Source of the DNA: an uncultured Armatimonadetes bacterium
GTDB taxonomy: Bacteria; Armatimonadota; UBA5829; DTJY01
NCBI GenBank assembly: GCA_963717145.1
Contig: OY970325.1
Span: forward strand, 352,001 to 416,000
Direction: 5' to 3'
DNA: 64,000 nucleotides
Every line of letters begins with the position of its first letter. Position 1 is the first letter of the stretch. The translations under genes were made by a program, and so were the position numbers. Shown one piece after another: positions 1 to 9,414 of this stretch. The notes under the pieces are model-generated. The model saw only the letters and a program-made list of their open reading frames with translations. It did no database searches and was not told the DNA's origin.

Positions 1-336
1 CTGGTGGATTACCTGCTGAACACATTTGCCAAAGTCGTCGAGCGGATGATCGTCTACCCGGAGAACATGGCGCGCAACATGAAGCAGATGGGCGGCCTGG
101 TGTTCTCCGAGCGGATCATGCTCAAGATGGTCGAGAAGGGCCTCTCACGCGAGGACGCGTACATCATCGCGCAGGAGAACGCCGCGAAGGCCTGGGAGGG
201 CGAGGACTTCCGCCGGGCGCTCGAATCCGACCAGCGCGTCTCCGGCCCGCTCACTGCGGAGGACCTCGACGAGTTGTTCGACTACAAGCACCACGTCCGC
301 AACGTGGACATCATCTTCGACAGACTGGGACTTTGA
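1..336 (+). CDS. purB: Adenylosuccinate lyase, C-terminal part (5' end outside window)
   Basis: VYPENMARN...GGLVFSERIMLKMVEKGLSREDAY...VDIIFDRL is the typical PurB C-terminus; pur genes follow. Confidence 0.93.
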   Translation: MVDYLLNTFAKVVERMIVYPENMARNMKQMGGLVFSERIMLKMVEKGLSREDAYIIAQENAAKAWEGEDFRRALESDQRVSGPLTAEDLDELFDYKHHVRNVDIIFDRLGL

Positions 337-347
337 GGAGGACTACC

Positions 348-578
348 ATGGGTCTGGAGCGCATATCGGTTGATCCTGAAGTCTGCCACGGAAAGGCTTG
401 CATAAGGGGCACGCGAGTACCAGTCTATCTGATCCTCGAGATGATGGCAGCCGGCGAGAGCACCGAGGGGATTCTCGAAGCATATCCGTTCCTATCAACG
501 GACGACGTCATCTCTGCTCTGGAGTATGGTGCGACTCTAGCCAGAGAAGAGATCGCGAGCTTGCCGGGAGCTGCCTAG
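348..578 (+). CDS. DUF433-family antitoxin
   Basis: RISVDPEVCHGKACIRGTRVPV...ILEAYPFL motif; GAGGAGG RBS before ATG 348. Confidence 0.9.
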   Translation: MGLERISVDPEVCHGKACIRGTRVPVYLILEMMAAGESTEGILEAYPFLSTDDVISALEYGATLAREEIASLPGAA

Positions 579-947
579 ATGCGTTTCCTGACAGATGAGA
601 ACCTGCCGCGTATCGCAGTCGAACTGCTCAGAGAGCTTGGGCACGATGTGCTCGATATCCGAGAGGCAAGCATGGGTGGTGCATCCGATTTGCAGGTTGC
701 TGAAGTGGCGATGGAGGAACAGAGGATATTGGTGACTCAGGACCTCGATTTCGCGAACATCCTTCAGTATCCGCCGGATGAGTATGCAGGCATTGTCGTC
801 TTGAGGGTTCCGCGGCCGACACAGCACAGAGTAACGGAGACTCTGCGGGGTTTCCTGTCTGTGGTCGATGCCAAGATGATTCACAGCGCGCTCGTTATCG
901 TTGAACCGGGCTCATACAGAGTTCGGCGGAGTCTAGAGGTGTCCTAG
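579..947 (+). CDS. DUF5615 / PIN-like (Mut7-C-like) toxin
   Basis: MRFLTDENLP...GHDV...SD...RILVTQDLDF; abuts the DUF433 gene. Confidence 0.88.
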   Translation: MRFLTDENLPRIAVELLRELGHDVLDIREASMGGASDLQVAEVAMEEQRILVTQDLDFANILQYPPDEYAGIVVLRVPRPTQHRVTETLRGFLSVVDAKMIHSALVIVEPGSYRVRRSLEVS

Positions 948-974
948 GGTCTCGCAGAGAGGGAACGGAAGATT

Positions 975-2462
975 TTGCAGTACCAATCCGACCATCCACA
1001 CGAAGAATGCGGAGTATTCGGCGTTTACGCCGAGGGAGAAGACGTCGCCAGGCTGACGTATTTTGGCCTGTTCGGCCTCCAGCACCGAGGGCAGGAGAGC
1101 GCCGGCATGGCGGTCTCCGACGGCGACAAGATCCGTATGTTCAAGGACATGGGCCTCGTGACCCAGGTGTTCGACGAGCATATCCTCGCCGAACTCAAGG
1201 GCCACATCGCCATCGGACATAACCGCTACTCGACCACCGGATCGAGCGTCCTCTGCAACGCCCAGCCGGTGATCTGCGAGTCGTCCTGGGGGACGATCGC
1301 GCTCGGCCACAACGGGAACCTGATCAACGCCGCCGAGCTTCGCGCCGAACTCCAGGCACAGGGTGAGACCTTCGAGTCGACCAGCGACACCGAGGTGATG
1401 GCCCGACTGATCGCACGCAGCACCGAGAGCACCATCGAGAAGGCCGTCGAAGAGATGATGGGCAAGGCGAAGGGCTCATACTCCCTGGTCATCCTCACCC
1501 GGGACAAGCTGCTCGGAGTCCGCGATCCATTCGGGATTCGACCACTCACGCTCGGACGGCTGAACCACAAAGGCTACGTTCTCTCATCGGAGACGTGCTC
1601 GCTCCATCTCGTCGGCAGCAGGTACGCCCGCGAAGTCGAGCCGGGTGAGATGGTCGTCATCGACAAGACCGGCATCAAGGAGATCCAGGCCATGCCGACG
1701 CAGCGACACGCGCTCTGCGTCTTCGAGTTCATCTATTTCGCGCGACCCGATTCACACATGTATGGCAAGACGCTCCATCTCGCCCGGCAGCGCATGGGCC
1801 ACGAACTGGCACACGAGTTTCCCGCGGACGCCAACGTCGTTATCCCGATCCCCGACACCGGCACGCCGGCCGCGATCGGTTATGCCCAGGCATCGCGCAT
1901 ACCTTACAGCGAAGGGGTCATCAAGAATCGCTACGTCCACCGCACGTTCATCGAGCCCGACCAGAGGATGCGCGAACTCGGCGTCCAGATGAAGTTCGCA
2001 CCGCTCAAGGAGACGCTCTCCGGCAAGAAGATCGTGATGGTCGAGGACAGCATCGTGCGGGGGACCACCACCGGCCCGACGATCAAGATGCTGAAGGACG
2101 CAGGCGCGCGCGAGGTCCACGTTCGGATCAGCTCGCCGCCGATCAAGTATCCGTGCTTCTACGGCATCGACATGGCCAAGCAGAAGGAACTGATCGCTTC
2201 GGGCAGGACGAACGAGGAGATCAAAGACCACATCGGCGCGGACAGTCTGGGGTATCTCAGCATTCCGGGGCTGGTGCGGGCGCTCGGCTGCAGGCGTGAC
2301 AAGTTCTGCATGGCATGCTTTGACGGCAAGTACCCGATCGAGATCCCCGACCATGTCAAGGTATCGAAGTTCGCCCTCGAGGACAACGACGAAGGGCACG
2401 GGATCGATGACAGCAAGGCGCGCCTGCTGAGTCGCAGGAAGCCGAAGGAACGCGTGGGTTAA
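975..2462 (+). CDS. purF: Amidophosphoribosyltransferase
   Basis: EECGVFG N-terminal nucleophile, LQHRGQESAG, HNGNL, VEDSIVRGTT PRPP loop, PCFYGID. Confidence 0.98.
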   Translation: MQYQSDHPHEECGVFGVYAEGEDVARLTYFGLFGLQHRGQESAGMAVSDGDKIRMFKDMGLVTQVFDEHILAELKGHIAIGHNRYSTTGSSVLCNAQPVICESSWGTIALGHNGNLINAAELRAELQAQGETFESTSDTEVMARLIARSTESTIEKAVEEMMGKAKGSYSLVILTRDKLLGVRDPFGIRPLTLGRLNHKGYVLSSETCSLHLVGSRYAREVEPGEMVVIDKTGIKEIQAMPTQRHALCVFEFIYFARPDSHMYGKTLHLARQRMGHELAHEFPADANVVIPIPDTGTPAAIGYAQASRIPYSEGVIKNRYVHRTFIEPDQRMRELGVQMKFAPLKETLSGKKIVMVEDSIVRGTTTGPTIKMLKDAGAREVHVRISSPPIKYPCFYGIDMAKQKELIASGRTNEEIKDHIGADSLGYLSIPGLVRALGCRRDKFCMACFDGKYPIEIPDHVKVSKFALEDNDEGHGIDDSKARLLSRRKPKERVG

Positions 2463-2466
2463 GGGG

Positions 2467-2551
2467 CTACTCGTGAATCCTACTCGTACTCGTAGATCCT
2501 ACTCGACTGCGAACCAGCCGATTGACGAGTACGAGTAGGATTCACGAGTAG
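2467..2551. repeat. 27-bp perfect inverted repeat built from TACTCG units (purF-purM spacer)
   Basis: ctactcgtgaatcctactcgtactcgt (2467-2493) is the reverse complement of 2525-2551. Confidence 0.9.
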
Positions 2552-2576
2552 GAACAGCCGCCAAAGGAGGGACCTC

Positions 2577-3611
2577 ATGGACGACATCTCGACCTACAAG
2601 GATGCAGGTGTAAACATAGACGCGGGCAACGAGGCCGTGATGCGGATGAAGGAGTTCATCCGCTCGACCTTCAATTCGAGCGTTCTCGCGGATGTCGGCT
2701 CGTTCGGCGGCATGTTCCAACTCGATGTCAGCGGCATCAGCCAGCCGATACTCGTCTCCAGCATCGACGGCGTTGGCACGAAGCTCAAGATCGCGTTCGC
2801 CATGAACAAGCACGACACCGTCGGCATCGACCTCGTGAACCACTGCGCCAACGACATCCTCGTCCAGGGCGCGAAGCCTCTCTTCTTCCTCGACTACTTC
2901 GGGACCGGCCAACTGATGCCGTCGGTCGTCGTCGATGTCGTCAAGGGCCTCTCGGAGGCGTGCAAGGCGCATGATTGCGTGTTGATCGGGGGCGAAACCG
3001 CTGAGATGCCCGGCCTCTATCTTGCGGGCGAGTATGACCTCGCAGGGTGCATCGTCGGTGTCGTGGACCGGGAGAAGATCGTGGACGGCTCGAAGGTCCT
3101 GCCGGGCGACGTGCTCATCGGCCTGTCATCGAACGGCCTGCACACCAACGGCTTCTCACTCGTGCGCAATATCTTCCTGGAGAAGGCCAAGCTCCGGGTG
3201 GATCAGCATATTCCCAATCTCGATATGACCCTCGGCGAAGAGCTTCTGCGCCCGCATAAGAGCTACTATCGGCAGGTGCAGACGATCCTCAGCGAGTTCG
3301 ATGTCCACAGCATGGCCCACATCACCGGCGGTGGGTTCTACGACAACATCCCGAGGGCGCTCCCGGCCGACTGCATGGCGGTGGTCGAGCGCCGGACCAT
3401 CGCTCCGCCCACGATCTTCCAGTTGATCCAGGAACTCGGCAACGTCTTGGAGCATGAGATGTTCCGCACGTTCAACATGGGCATCGGCTACGTGCTGATC
3501 GTCCCGAAGGACCAGGAGTCCGCCGTCCTCAGCCGACTCGGGGAGATCGGGGAATCCGCCTGCTACATCGGCGAGGTCCGCAAAGGCAGCCGCGAAGTCC
3601 AGATCGTCTGA
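2577..3611 (+). CDS. purM: Phosphoribosylformylglycinamidine cyclo-ligase (AIR synthetase)
   Basis: YKDAGVNI, DGVGTK, GGETAEMPG, HTNGFSL, HITGGG, RTFNMGIG. Confidence 0.98.
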   Translation: MDDISTYKDAGVNIDAGNEAVMRMKEFIRSTFNSSVLADVGSFGGMFQLDVSGISQPILVSSIDGVGTKLKIAFAMNKHDTVGIDLVNHCANDILVQGAKPLFFLDYFGTGQLMPSVVVDVVKGLSEACKAHDCVLIGGETAEMPGLYLAGEYDLAGCIVGVVDREKIVDGSKVLPGDVLIGLSSNGLHTNGFSLVRNIFLEKAKLRVDQHIPNLDMTLGEELLRPHKSYYRQVQTILSEFDVHSMAHITGGGFYDNIPRALPADCMAVVERRTIAPPTIFQLIQELGNVLEHEMFRTFNMGIGYVLIVPKDQESAVLSRLGEIGESACYIGEVRKGSREVQIV

Positions 3612-3625
3612 CCCGCTCTCACACC

Positions 3626-3739
3626 ACCGACAGTCCTGAGTGCGCCGGTGAATGACGGCGTGTATCGAAGGACGGCTCGTACCGCAAGGCCGTCCTTCGA
3701 TACACGCCGTCATTCACCGGCGCACTCAGGACTGTCGGT
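3626..3739. repeat. REP/MITE-like palindrome, family A (51-bp perfect arms, 12-nt loop)
   Basis: 3626-3676 is the reverse complement of 3689-3739; related copies at 37007-37138 and 21370-21420; lies between convergent genes. Confidence 0.92.
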
Positions 3740-3750
3740 CGCTTGCTCAA

Positions 3751-3780
3751 CTCTAAACTCTAAACTCTAAACTCTAAACT
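3751..3780. repeat. Heptamer tandem repeat (CTCTAAA)x4
   Basis: Read directly from sequence. Confidence 0.9.
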
Positions 3781-4678
3781 ACTGCCCCGGCTGCTGACCC
3801 GGGCCCATACCCAGTTCCTTCATCACCTCCATCGCATCCTCCTGCATCAGCTTCTGCTGCTCCGGGGTGATCATCTGCATCGCCTGGATCTGCATCCGGA
3901 TCATCGCGCGCCGGTCCTCGACGGGCATCTTGAACATATTGTCCATCGACGACTGGATGATCCCCTGATACGTGTCCGGGTTCTTCATCAGCGCCTGCAT
4001 CGACATATTCATGTAGTTCGGATCCATCTGCTGCATGAGTTGCATGCCGGCCGCCATCGCCTGCTCGCGCTCCTCGGGCGTCATCTTCATGAACAGGTCC
4101 ATGGCCTCCTTCTGGAGCTTGGCATACTTCTCCGCGTTCGTGTTCGCCTTCTCGCTCGCCTTCTTCGCCGCCTTGTCGTTCGTGATCAGGTAGATCGCGA
4201 CCATCCCCATATCCTTGCGCAGGGTGATCGGGACTGCATCCACCGCCGGCTTGTTGGCGACGTGGACCAGGTTCTCGGCAGCGGAAGTCCTCTGGATGAT
4301 AAGGTCCGGGAACTTGAGGCCCTCCATCATCCTAAGCGTCGCGGCGAGAGTCTCGGGATTCTTCAGGAGCGGCGAATCGGCCCTGATGTAGATCTGACGC
4401 CACGCCAGGTCGCCGGCTTTGGTGATGACGCTCAACGCCTCCTCGACCGGCATGTCGGTGACGTTCGCCGTGATCTTCACCTCGGCGGACTTCTCGAGCA
4501 GGATGCGCACTCCCGCCTGCTTGACTATATCGTCGGTCGCCTTACTGAGCTTCTCGTCATCGAGCGCGAACGACACCAGCTTCGGGGCATCAGCCGCCGG
4601 CGTCGTCGTCGCCAGTTGTGCGAACCCCGCCGACGCGACCAACAGGATGCACAGCAGAAGAATAGAATATCGGATCAT
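3779..4678 (-). CDS. Secreted hypothetical protein with STN/secretin-N-like domain and Met/Gln-rich helical C-terminus
   Basis: GGAGG RBS; signal peptide MIRYSILLLCILLVASAGFA; KITANVTDMPVEEALSVI resembles STN domains. Confidence 0.65.
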   Translation of the reverse strand: MIRYSILLLCILLVASAGFAQLATTTPAADAPKLVSFALDDEKLSKATDDIVKQAGVRILLEKSAEVKITANVTDMPVEEALSVITKAGDLAWRQIYIRADSPLLKNPETLAATLRMMEGLKFPDLIIQRTSAAENLVHVANKPAVDAVPITLRKDMGMVAIYLITNDKAAKKASEKANTNAEKYAKLQKEAMDLFMKMTPEEREQAMAAGMQLMQQMDPNYMNMSMQALMKNPDTYQGIIQSSMDNMFKMPVEDRRAMIRMQIQAMQMITPEQQKLMQEDAMEVMKELGMGPGQQPGQ

Positions 4679-4714
4679 TACTTCCTCCCTTACGCGGAAC
4701 GTGCTCACGGCGCT

Positions 4715-4892
4715 GTCATTCTGAGCGCACAGGGTGTCATTCTGAGAGCAGCGAAGAATCTGTCTCCCGCGCGTCATGCTGAACTCGGTTCAGCATCCAC
4801 CCGCTGGCGGCGGTAGGCCCTGAAACATCCTGAATCAAGTTCAGGACAGGGTGACGCGCACGAAAGGCACTCTTCGCTGCGCTCAGAATGAC
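4715..4892. repeat. Nested REP-like palindromes
   Basis: Outer TGTCATTCTGAG..GCGAAGAATCT / TCTTCGCTGCGCTCAGAATGACA pair encloses a GTCATGCTGAACTCGGTTCAGCATC...AGTTCAGG..GGTGAC element. Confidence 0.75.
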
Positions 4893-5038
4893 AGGCCACC
4901 AGAGATATAGACTCACTCCGCCCCCAAAAAGTTGCCTCTCCCGGCCGGTTATTCCTCTCCGCTGTCTCCTGTTTATCCGTTGACGCGCCGGGGAATAGAA
5001 TCCCGTATCCGAAAGCTAGAGAATGGAGGATGATTTCG

Positions 5039-5308
5039 ATGCCACACTTCGTTGCGGAAATGCCGCACACTGAGGAGCAGTGCGCCGCCGCTCTGGGCGA
5101 AATGGCTGCGGACGTTCCGGAGCTGTTCGACAGCGTCCATTGGGGCTGCCATCATGGGGTTCATGACGGCTGGGCCATAGTGGAAGCAGACAATGCGTCT
5201 GAGATCACTGACATGATCTCGCCGATCCTTCGCGATCAGGCAAAGATCACGGAAGTGGAGCATATCCCTTCCGAGAAGATGAGGGAGATGCACCGACAGG
5301 CGGCGTAG
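5039..5308 (+). CDS. Small hypothetical protein, possibly metal-binding (His/Cys-rich)
   Basis: GGAGG RBS; HTEEQC...WGCHHGVHDGWAIVEA. Confidence 0.65.
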   Translation: MPHFVAEMPHTEEQCAAALGEMAADVPELFDSVHWGCHHGVHDGWAIVEADNASEITDMISPILRDQAKITEVEHIPSEKMREMHRQAA

Positions 5309-5414
5309 GGAATGGTTGATGGTTAATGGCTGATGCCGGACGCCGGAATGGTTGATGGTTGATGGGGCGGGGACGATCGTGTCTCCGCCCTTCCTTCTTT
5401 CTATCCTCAACCGG

Positions 5415-5695
5415 TTTCTTGGCATCTGGGAGAGCGTCCACAACTCGGACTTCAATTATGGCGAATTCGCCATAATTAGAAGTCAGGCAGGCCTCAACAG
5501 GGCAATATCCGCGACTACGCGAATGTGTCGCAACTCGTGTGTCTCTCGAACCTGGAGAACCTGAACGCCCTCTTCATCCAGGAGAAGCTGCCCCAGCCGG
5601 AGCGCCTGCGCAAGCTGAACCGGATCGCCATCCAGCAGATGAAACTCCTGTCGGAGGACGCCGGGATCAGGCAGCTTGAACCCGGTGACAGATGA
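5415..5695 (+). pseudogene. Internally deleted remnant of a KilA-N domain protein
   Basis: FLGIWESVHNSDFNYGEFAIIRSQAGLN joined out of frame to GNIRDYANVSQLVCLSNLENLNA...RLRKLNRIAIQQM; no credible start. Confidence 0.7.
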
Positions 5696-5797
5696 GTCGC
5701 GAACGCCGAATCAGGAACCTCCACTCTAGACTCCGGCGATTCACCGGAGATCCGTTGGTAGCCGTATGGCTAATGAAGAGCACGCCTAGCACCCAGC

Positions 5798-5826
5798 TTG
5801 ACAATACATGACTAGCCTCGTACAAT
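5798..5826 (+). promoter_or_regulatory. Sigma70-type promoter, probably the original promoter of the TIR-caspase-SLOG operon
   Basis: TTGACA-17 bp-TACAAT, ending about 30 bp before the IS1182 insertion site. Confidence 0.75.
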
Positions 5827-5856
5827 GAACTGGAGTCCTGATTAACGAAGAGCTAG

Positions 5857-7444
5857 CAGCCTGTCTGAGAATTCCCCGCTATGTGGGTGAGTTTCCCATC
5901 TGCGGGGTCGCGCTGGCTGCTGTTCGATAGTGTTTTTCGCCGGATTTCCGGCGAGGGTCTGTAAAGACCCCTTGTACCTTGATAATCAGCCTGATCCAGG
6001 TCATATATCTACGTATCGAAGATCGATTTCCGGTCGCCGTATCGGTATAGCTTCAGCATGTTGTGCCCAAGACACGCAAGCGTCCACTCCGACTTCGCTT
6101 TCGCAAGGCCTCGGAGTAGGAAGCCTCGGAAGTTCCGTGCGCTCTTGATCTGGCCGAACACCGGCTCTACCGTCTCCTTCCGCCTCCCGTAGATCTTTCG
6201 GCCAAGAGGAGTCAAGAGCTTTGCTCTCTGGCGATCTGCGGCGGATTGCTTTGCCGGATCAAGGCAGGAAGGCGCCGTCGGCTCTTTGCCATGACGTTGT
6301 CTGTCAGGCGGTATATAAGCGTCGATCCCTTGCTGCTCGACCATCTCTATGTTGTCGCTGCTGAAGTATCCGGCATCGGCGGATAGTTCTTCCGGTTTCT
6401 TTCCGGTGTTCTCCTTGATTGCCTCGATCATGTCACTAAGATGCGGTGAGTCCGCTGCCTGGTTCGTGAGATCACACGCCACTACAATCTGATGATCTGC
6501 GTCTACCGCAGCTTGTCCGTTGTATGCCTGCACGAAGGCTTTCTTTGCGTCCTTCATTATCCGGCTTTCCGGGTCTGTGAAGTTCCGCTGTGCCTTCCCT
6601 TCCGGCTCTGTCTTTACGGGCCCCGGCTCTCTGCCGCGAGGCTTCTTCCCGGATGCTTCCTGCTCCGCCTTCTCTTGGGCTCGCATCGCTTCTTCGGCTG
6701 ATGCTCGCTCTTTGGCCTCGCGCTCCAGCGCTTCTTTTGCTTCCCTGATCTTGGCGAGCCGCTTCTCTCTGGTTGCGAGTTCCTCCGGGAGTTCGTCTCC
6801 TCGGCGGTCAAGACCATATTCCGCGTCTTCCTGGTCGTCCACAGAAAGACCCTTCGCAAGGAGCGCCTCGATCTCAGCCTGAAGCTCTTTTTCTTTCTCG
6901 ACCATCCGAGAGTAGCTCATGGCGGAGTGCTTGCTTGCGTTGGCAAGCAGCTTTGTTCCGTCTATGGCTATGTGTTTCATCGACACAAGCCCGGCGCTTG
7001 CGCATAGCCTGAGCACTTGCACAAACAGGTCCGCAAGGGACTTGAGATGCCTCTTCCTGAACTCGCTTATCGTGCGGAAGTCGGGATGATTTCCTGCCGC
7101 AAGCACCCGGAAGGCTACATCTTCATACGTGGCCAGGGAGAGCTTTCGAGATGAATACACTCCCCGGCACAAACCGTAGAATATGATCTTTGTAAGCATT
7201 GCCGGATGGAACGGCGGCGCTCCTCGGGCCTCTTTCTCGTATGAGGCGTATATCGCGGAAAGGTCGAGACTGTCTACGACATCGCTCACAAAGTATGCGA
7301 GATGTCCCTCGGGCAGCCACTCCGACATCAAGGGCGGCAACAGCAATATCTGGTCAGGTTGATAAGGAAGGTATGGCTTGCTCATACCCGTATTTTACTA
7401 CATACCTGGCACCTTGCGCCAGAGGTTATTTCATGGACAGGCTG
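5857..7444 (-). mobile_element. IS1182-family insertion sequence
   Basis: Terminal inverted repeats CAGCCTGTC / GACAGGCTG; CTAG on both flanks (5853-5856, 7445-7448). Confidence 0.92.
6009..7385 (-). CDS. IS1182-family DDE transposase
   Basis: LPEGHLAYFV, PDFRTISEFR, IAIDGTK, SADAGY, RKETVEPVFGQIK. Confidence 0.95.
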   Translation of the reverse strand: MSKPYLPYQPDQILLLPPLMSEWLPEGHLAYFVSDVVDSLDLSAIYASYEKEARGAPPFHPAMLTKIIFYGLCRGVYSSRKLSLATYEDVAFRVLAAGNHPDFRTISEFRKRHLKSLADLFVQVLRLCASAGLVSMKHIAIDGTKLLANASKHSAMSYSRMVEKEKELQAEIEALLAKGLSVDDQEDAEYGLDRRGDELPEELATREKRLAKIREAKEALEREAKERASAEEAMRAQEKAEQEASGKKPRGREPGPVKTEPEGKAQRNFTDPESRIMKDAKKAFVQAYNGQAAVDADHQIVVACDLTNQAADSPHLSDMIEAIKENTGKKPEELSADAGYFSSDNIEMVEQQGIDAYIPPDRQRHGKEPTAPSCLDPAKQSAADRQRAKLLTPLGRKIYGRRKETVEPVFGQIKSARNFRGFLLRGLAKAKSEWTLACLGHNMLKLYRYGDRKSIFDT

Positions 7445-7457
7445 CTAGGAGGTAACT

Positions 7458-7844
7458 ATGGCAAAGAAGAATCGTATTTTCATCAGTTTCGCCGTTGAGG
7501 ACAAGACCTACCGTGATCTCCTCGTCGGACAGGCAAGGAATGAGAAGAGCCCGTTTGAGTTCATGGACATGTCTGTCAAGCAGCCGTGGGACAGTGCCTG
7601 GAAGACAAGCTGCCGGACGAAGGTCAAGGGATGTGATGGCATCATCGCTCTCGTCAGCAAGAATACCGCCAACGCCACCGGACAGCTCTGGGAGGTATCG
7701 TGCAGCAAGGAAGAGGGCATTCCGCTGCGCGGCATCTACGTGGATGCCGATAACAAGCCGGCCTCCCTTCCCGCCGAGTTCTCAGGTATACGTGTCGTCA
7801 ATTGGACATGGGAGAATATCTCAAGCTTCCTGGACTCGCTCTAG
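7458..7844 (+). CDS. Stand-alone TIR-domain protein (MTH538/DUF1863, ThsB-like)
   Basis: RIFISF..ED, DMSVKQPWDSAWK, CDGIIALVS, candidate catalytic Glu in GQLWEV; GGAGG RBS. Confidence 0.88.
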   Translation: MAKKNRIFISFAVEDKTYRDLLVGQARNEKSPFEFMDMSVKQPWDSAWKTSCRTKVKGCDGIIALVSKNTANATGQLWEVSCSKEEGIPLRGIYVDADNKPASLPAEFSGIRVVNWTWENISSFLDSL

Positions 7845-7853
7845 GAGGGATGT

Positions 7854-8813
7854 ATGACTAAGGTCGCATTACTTGTCGGAATCGACGATTATCCGAGTTC
7901 ACCACTCGCCGGTTGTGTCAAGGATGCAACACGCATGGCGGAACTGCTGAGTCGCCACCATGACGACTCGCCGAACTTCGACTGCCGAACACTGACCGCT
8001 CCGGCTCACACCCCAACGACTGTGACTCGACCGATACTGAAGCATGCGGTGGAGGAAGTGTTCACGCGCAGAGCCGACGTCGCGCTTTTCTACTTCTCGG
8101 GGCATGGAACTGTAAACAATCTCGGCGGTTACCTTGTTACGCAGGATGCAAGCCGGTATGATGAAGGGTTGAGCATGACCGACGTGCTGGTGTTCGCCAA
8201 TGGCTCGCCGGCCAGGGAGAAGATCATCGTGCTTGATTGCTGCCACAGCGGAGCTATGGGTCAGTTGCCTGCCATCAACAACGACGCCGCCATGCTCAGA
8301 GAAGGCGTCTCTATTCTGAGCGCCTGCCGGGAATCCGAGGTGGCGCTAGAAACGAATGGCGGAGGACTGTTCACCTCGCTGGTCTGCGATGCATTGAATG
8401 GTGGGGCCGCCGATGTATGTGGCAGAGTCACTATAGCTGGAGTCTATGCCTACGTGGATGAGGCGCTCGGCGGATGGGACCAGCGACCGCTCTTCAAGAT
8501 ACACGTGTCCAAGCTTGTTCCGTTGCGTAACTGCATGCCGGCGGTAGATCCCGAGATCCTTCGCATGCTTCCGAAGTATTTCAAGGCTCCGAAGGATGAG
8601 TATCCCCTTGATCCTTCGTATGAGCCGATGGAGAAACCGCGCCATGAGGAACACGAGAAGGTATTCGGTCATCTGCAGAAGCTTCGCGCGGCGCGACTCG
8701 TCAGTCCTGTGGGTGAGGAACACCTCTACTTCGCAGCTCTGAACTCGAAATCCTGCCGGTTGACTGCTCTTGGTGCCTTCTACTGGCGTTTGGCCAACGG
8801 CGGGAAGATCTGA
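7854..8813 (+). CDS. Caspase-like protease (peptidase C14)
   Basis: ALLVGIDDY..LAGCVKDA, FYFSGHG (His), LDCCHSG (Cys), GLFTSLV. Confidence 0.92.
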   Translation: MTKVALLVGIDDYPSSPLAGCVKDATRMAELLSRHHDDSPNFDCRTLTAPAHTPTTVTRPILKHAVEEVFTRRADVALFYFSGHGTVNNLGGYLVTQDASRYDEGLSMTDVLVFANGSPAREKIIVLDCCHSGAMGQLPAINNDAAMLREGVSILSACRESEVALETNGGGLFTSLVCDALNGGAADVCGRVTIAGVYAYVDEALGGWDQRPLFKIHVSKLVPLRNCMPAVDPEILRMLPKYFKAPKDEYPLDPSYEPMEKPRHEEHEKVFGHLQKLRAARLVSPVGEEHLYFAALNSKSCRLTALGAFYWRLANGGKI

Positions 8814-9298
8814 TGACAAAGGTCGGCATCACAGGGCATCAGCGATTGGATGATCCCGGATCATGGGGCTGGGTCGAGTCAACAATTGCCGCTGAACTCG
8901 CTCTGCTCAGCCCTCCTCTTACCGCACTCAGTTCTCTTGCGGTTGGCGCTGACCAGATGTTTGCGCTCATGCTCTTGCGTCTCGGTGGAGGAGTTCGCGC
9001 AGTAATCCCGTTCGTCGACTACGAGCGCACCTTCGGAAGCGAGACCATCGACACATATCGAGACCTTTTGTCCAGATCAGAGTCCGTAGACGTACTCCCG
9101 AAACAGGATACCGACGAGGAGTCATACTTGGCCGCAGGCAAGCGCGTTGTAGACCAAGCTGACGTAATCGTGGCGGTTTGGAATGGATTCCCTGCCAAAG
9201 GAAAGGGCGGTACCGCCGATATTGTCGCGTATGCCATCGGCAAGGGGATCCCCGTCATTCATATTAACCCTGTCGAGCGGACGGTGACCCGGAAATGA
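8813..9298 (+). CDS. SLOG-superfamily protein (YspA/DUF1273-like)
   Basis: VGITGHQ, SSLAVGADQMFA, AVIPF..YE, VAVWNG...GGTADIV; TGATG overlap with the caspase gene. Confidence 0.82.
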   Translation: MTKVGITGHQRLDDPGSWGWVESTIAAELALLSPPLTALSSLAVGADQMFALMLLRLGGGVRAVIPFVDYERTFGSETIDTYRDLLSRSESVDVLPKQDTDEESYLAAGKRVVDQADVIVAVWNGFPAKGKGGTADIVAYAIGKGIPVIHINPVERTVTRK

Positions 9299-9414
9299 AT
9301 GCGTGGGCGTAGGCAATGGCGTGAGGTCCCCCGTGCTCACTTGAAATCGTCCCGTCGGCACGGGTCTAAATGAGGTCTGCGTATCCGCTGGTTCGTTGGA
9401 GGAAGGAGTACTAG

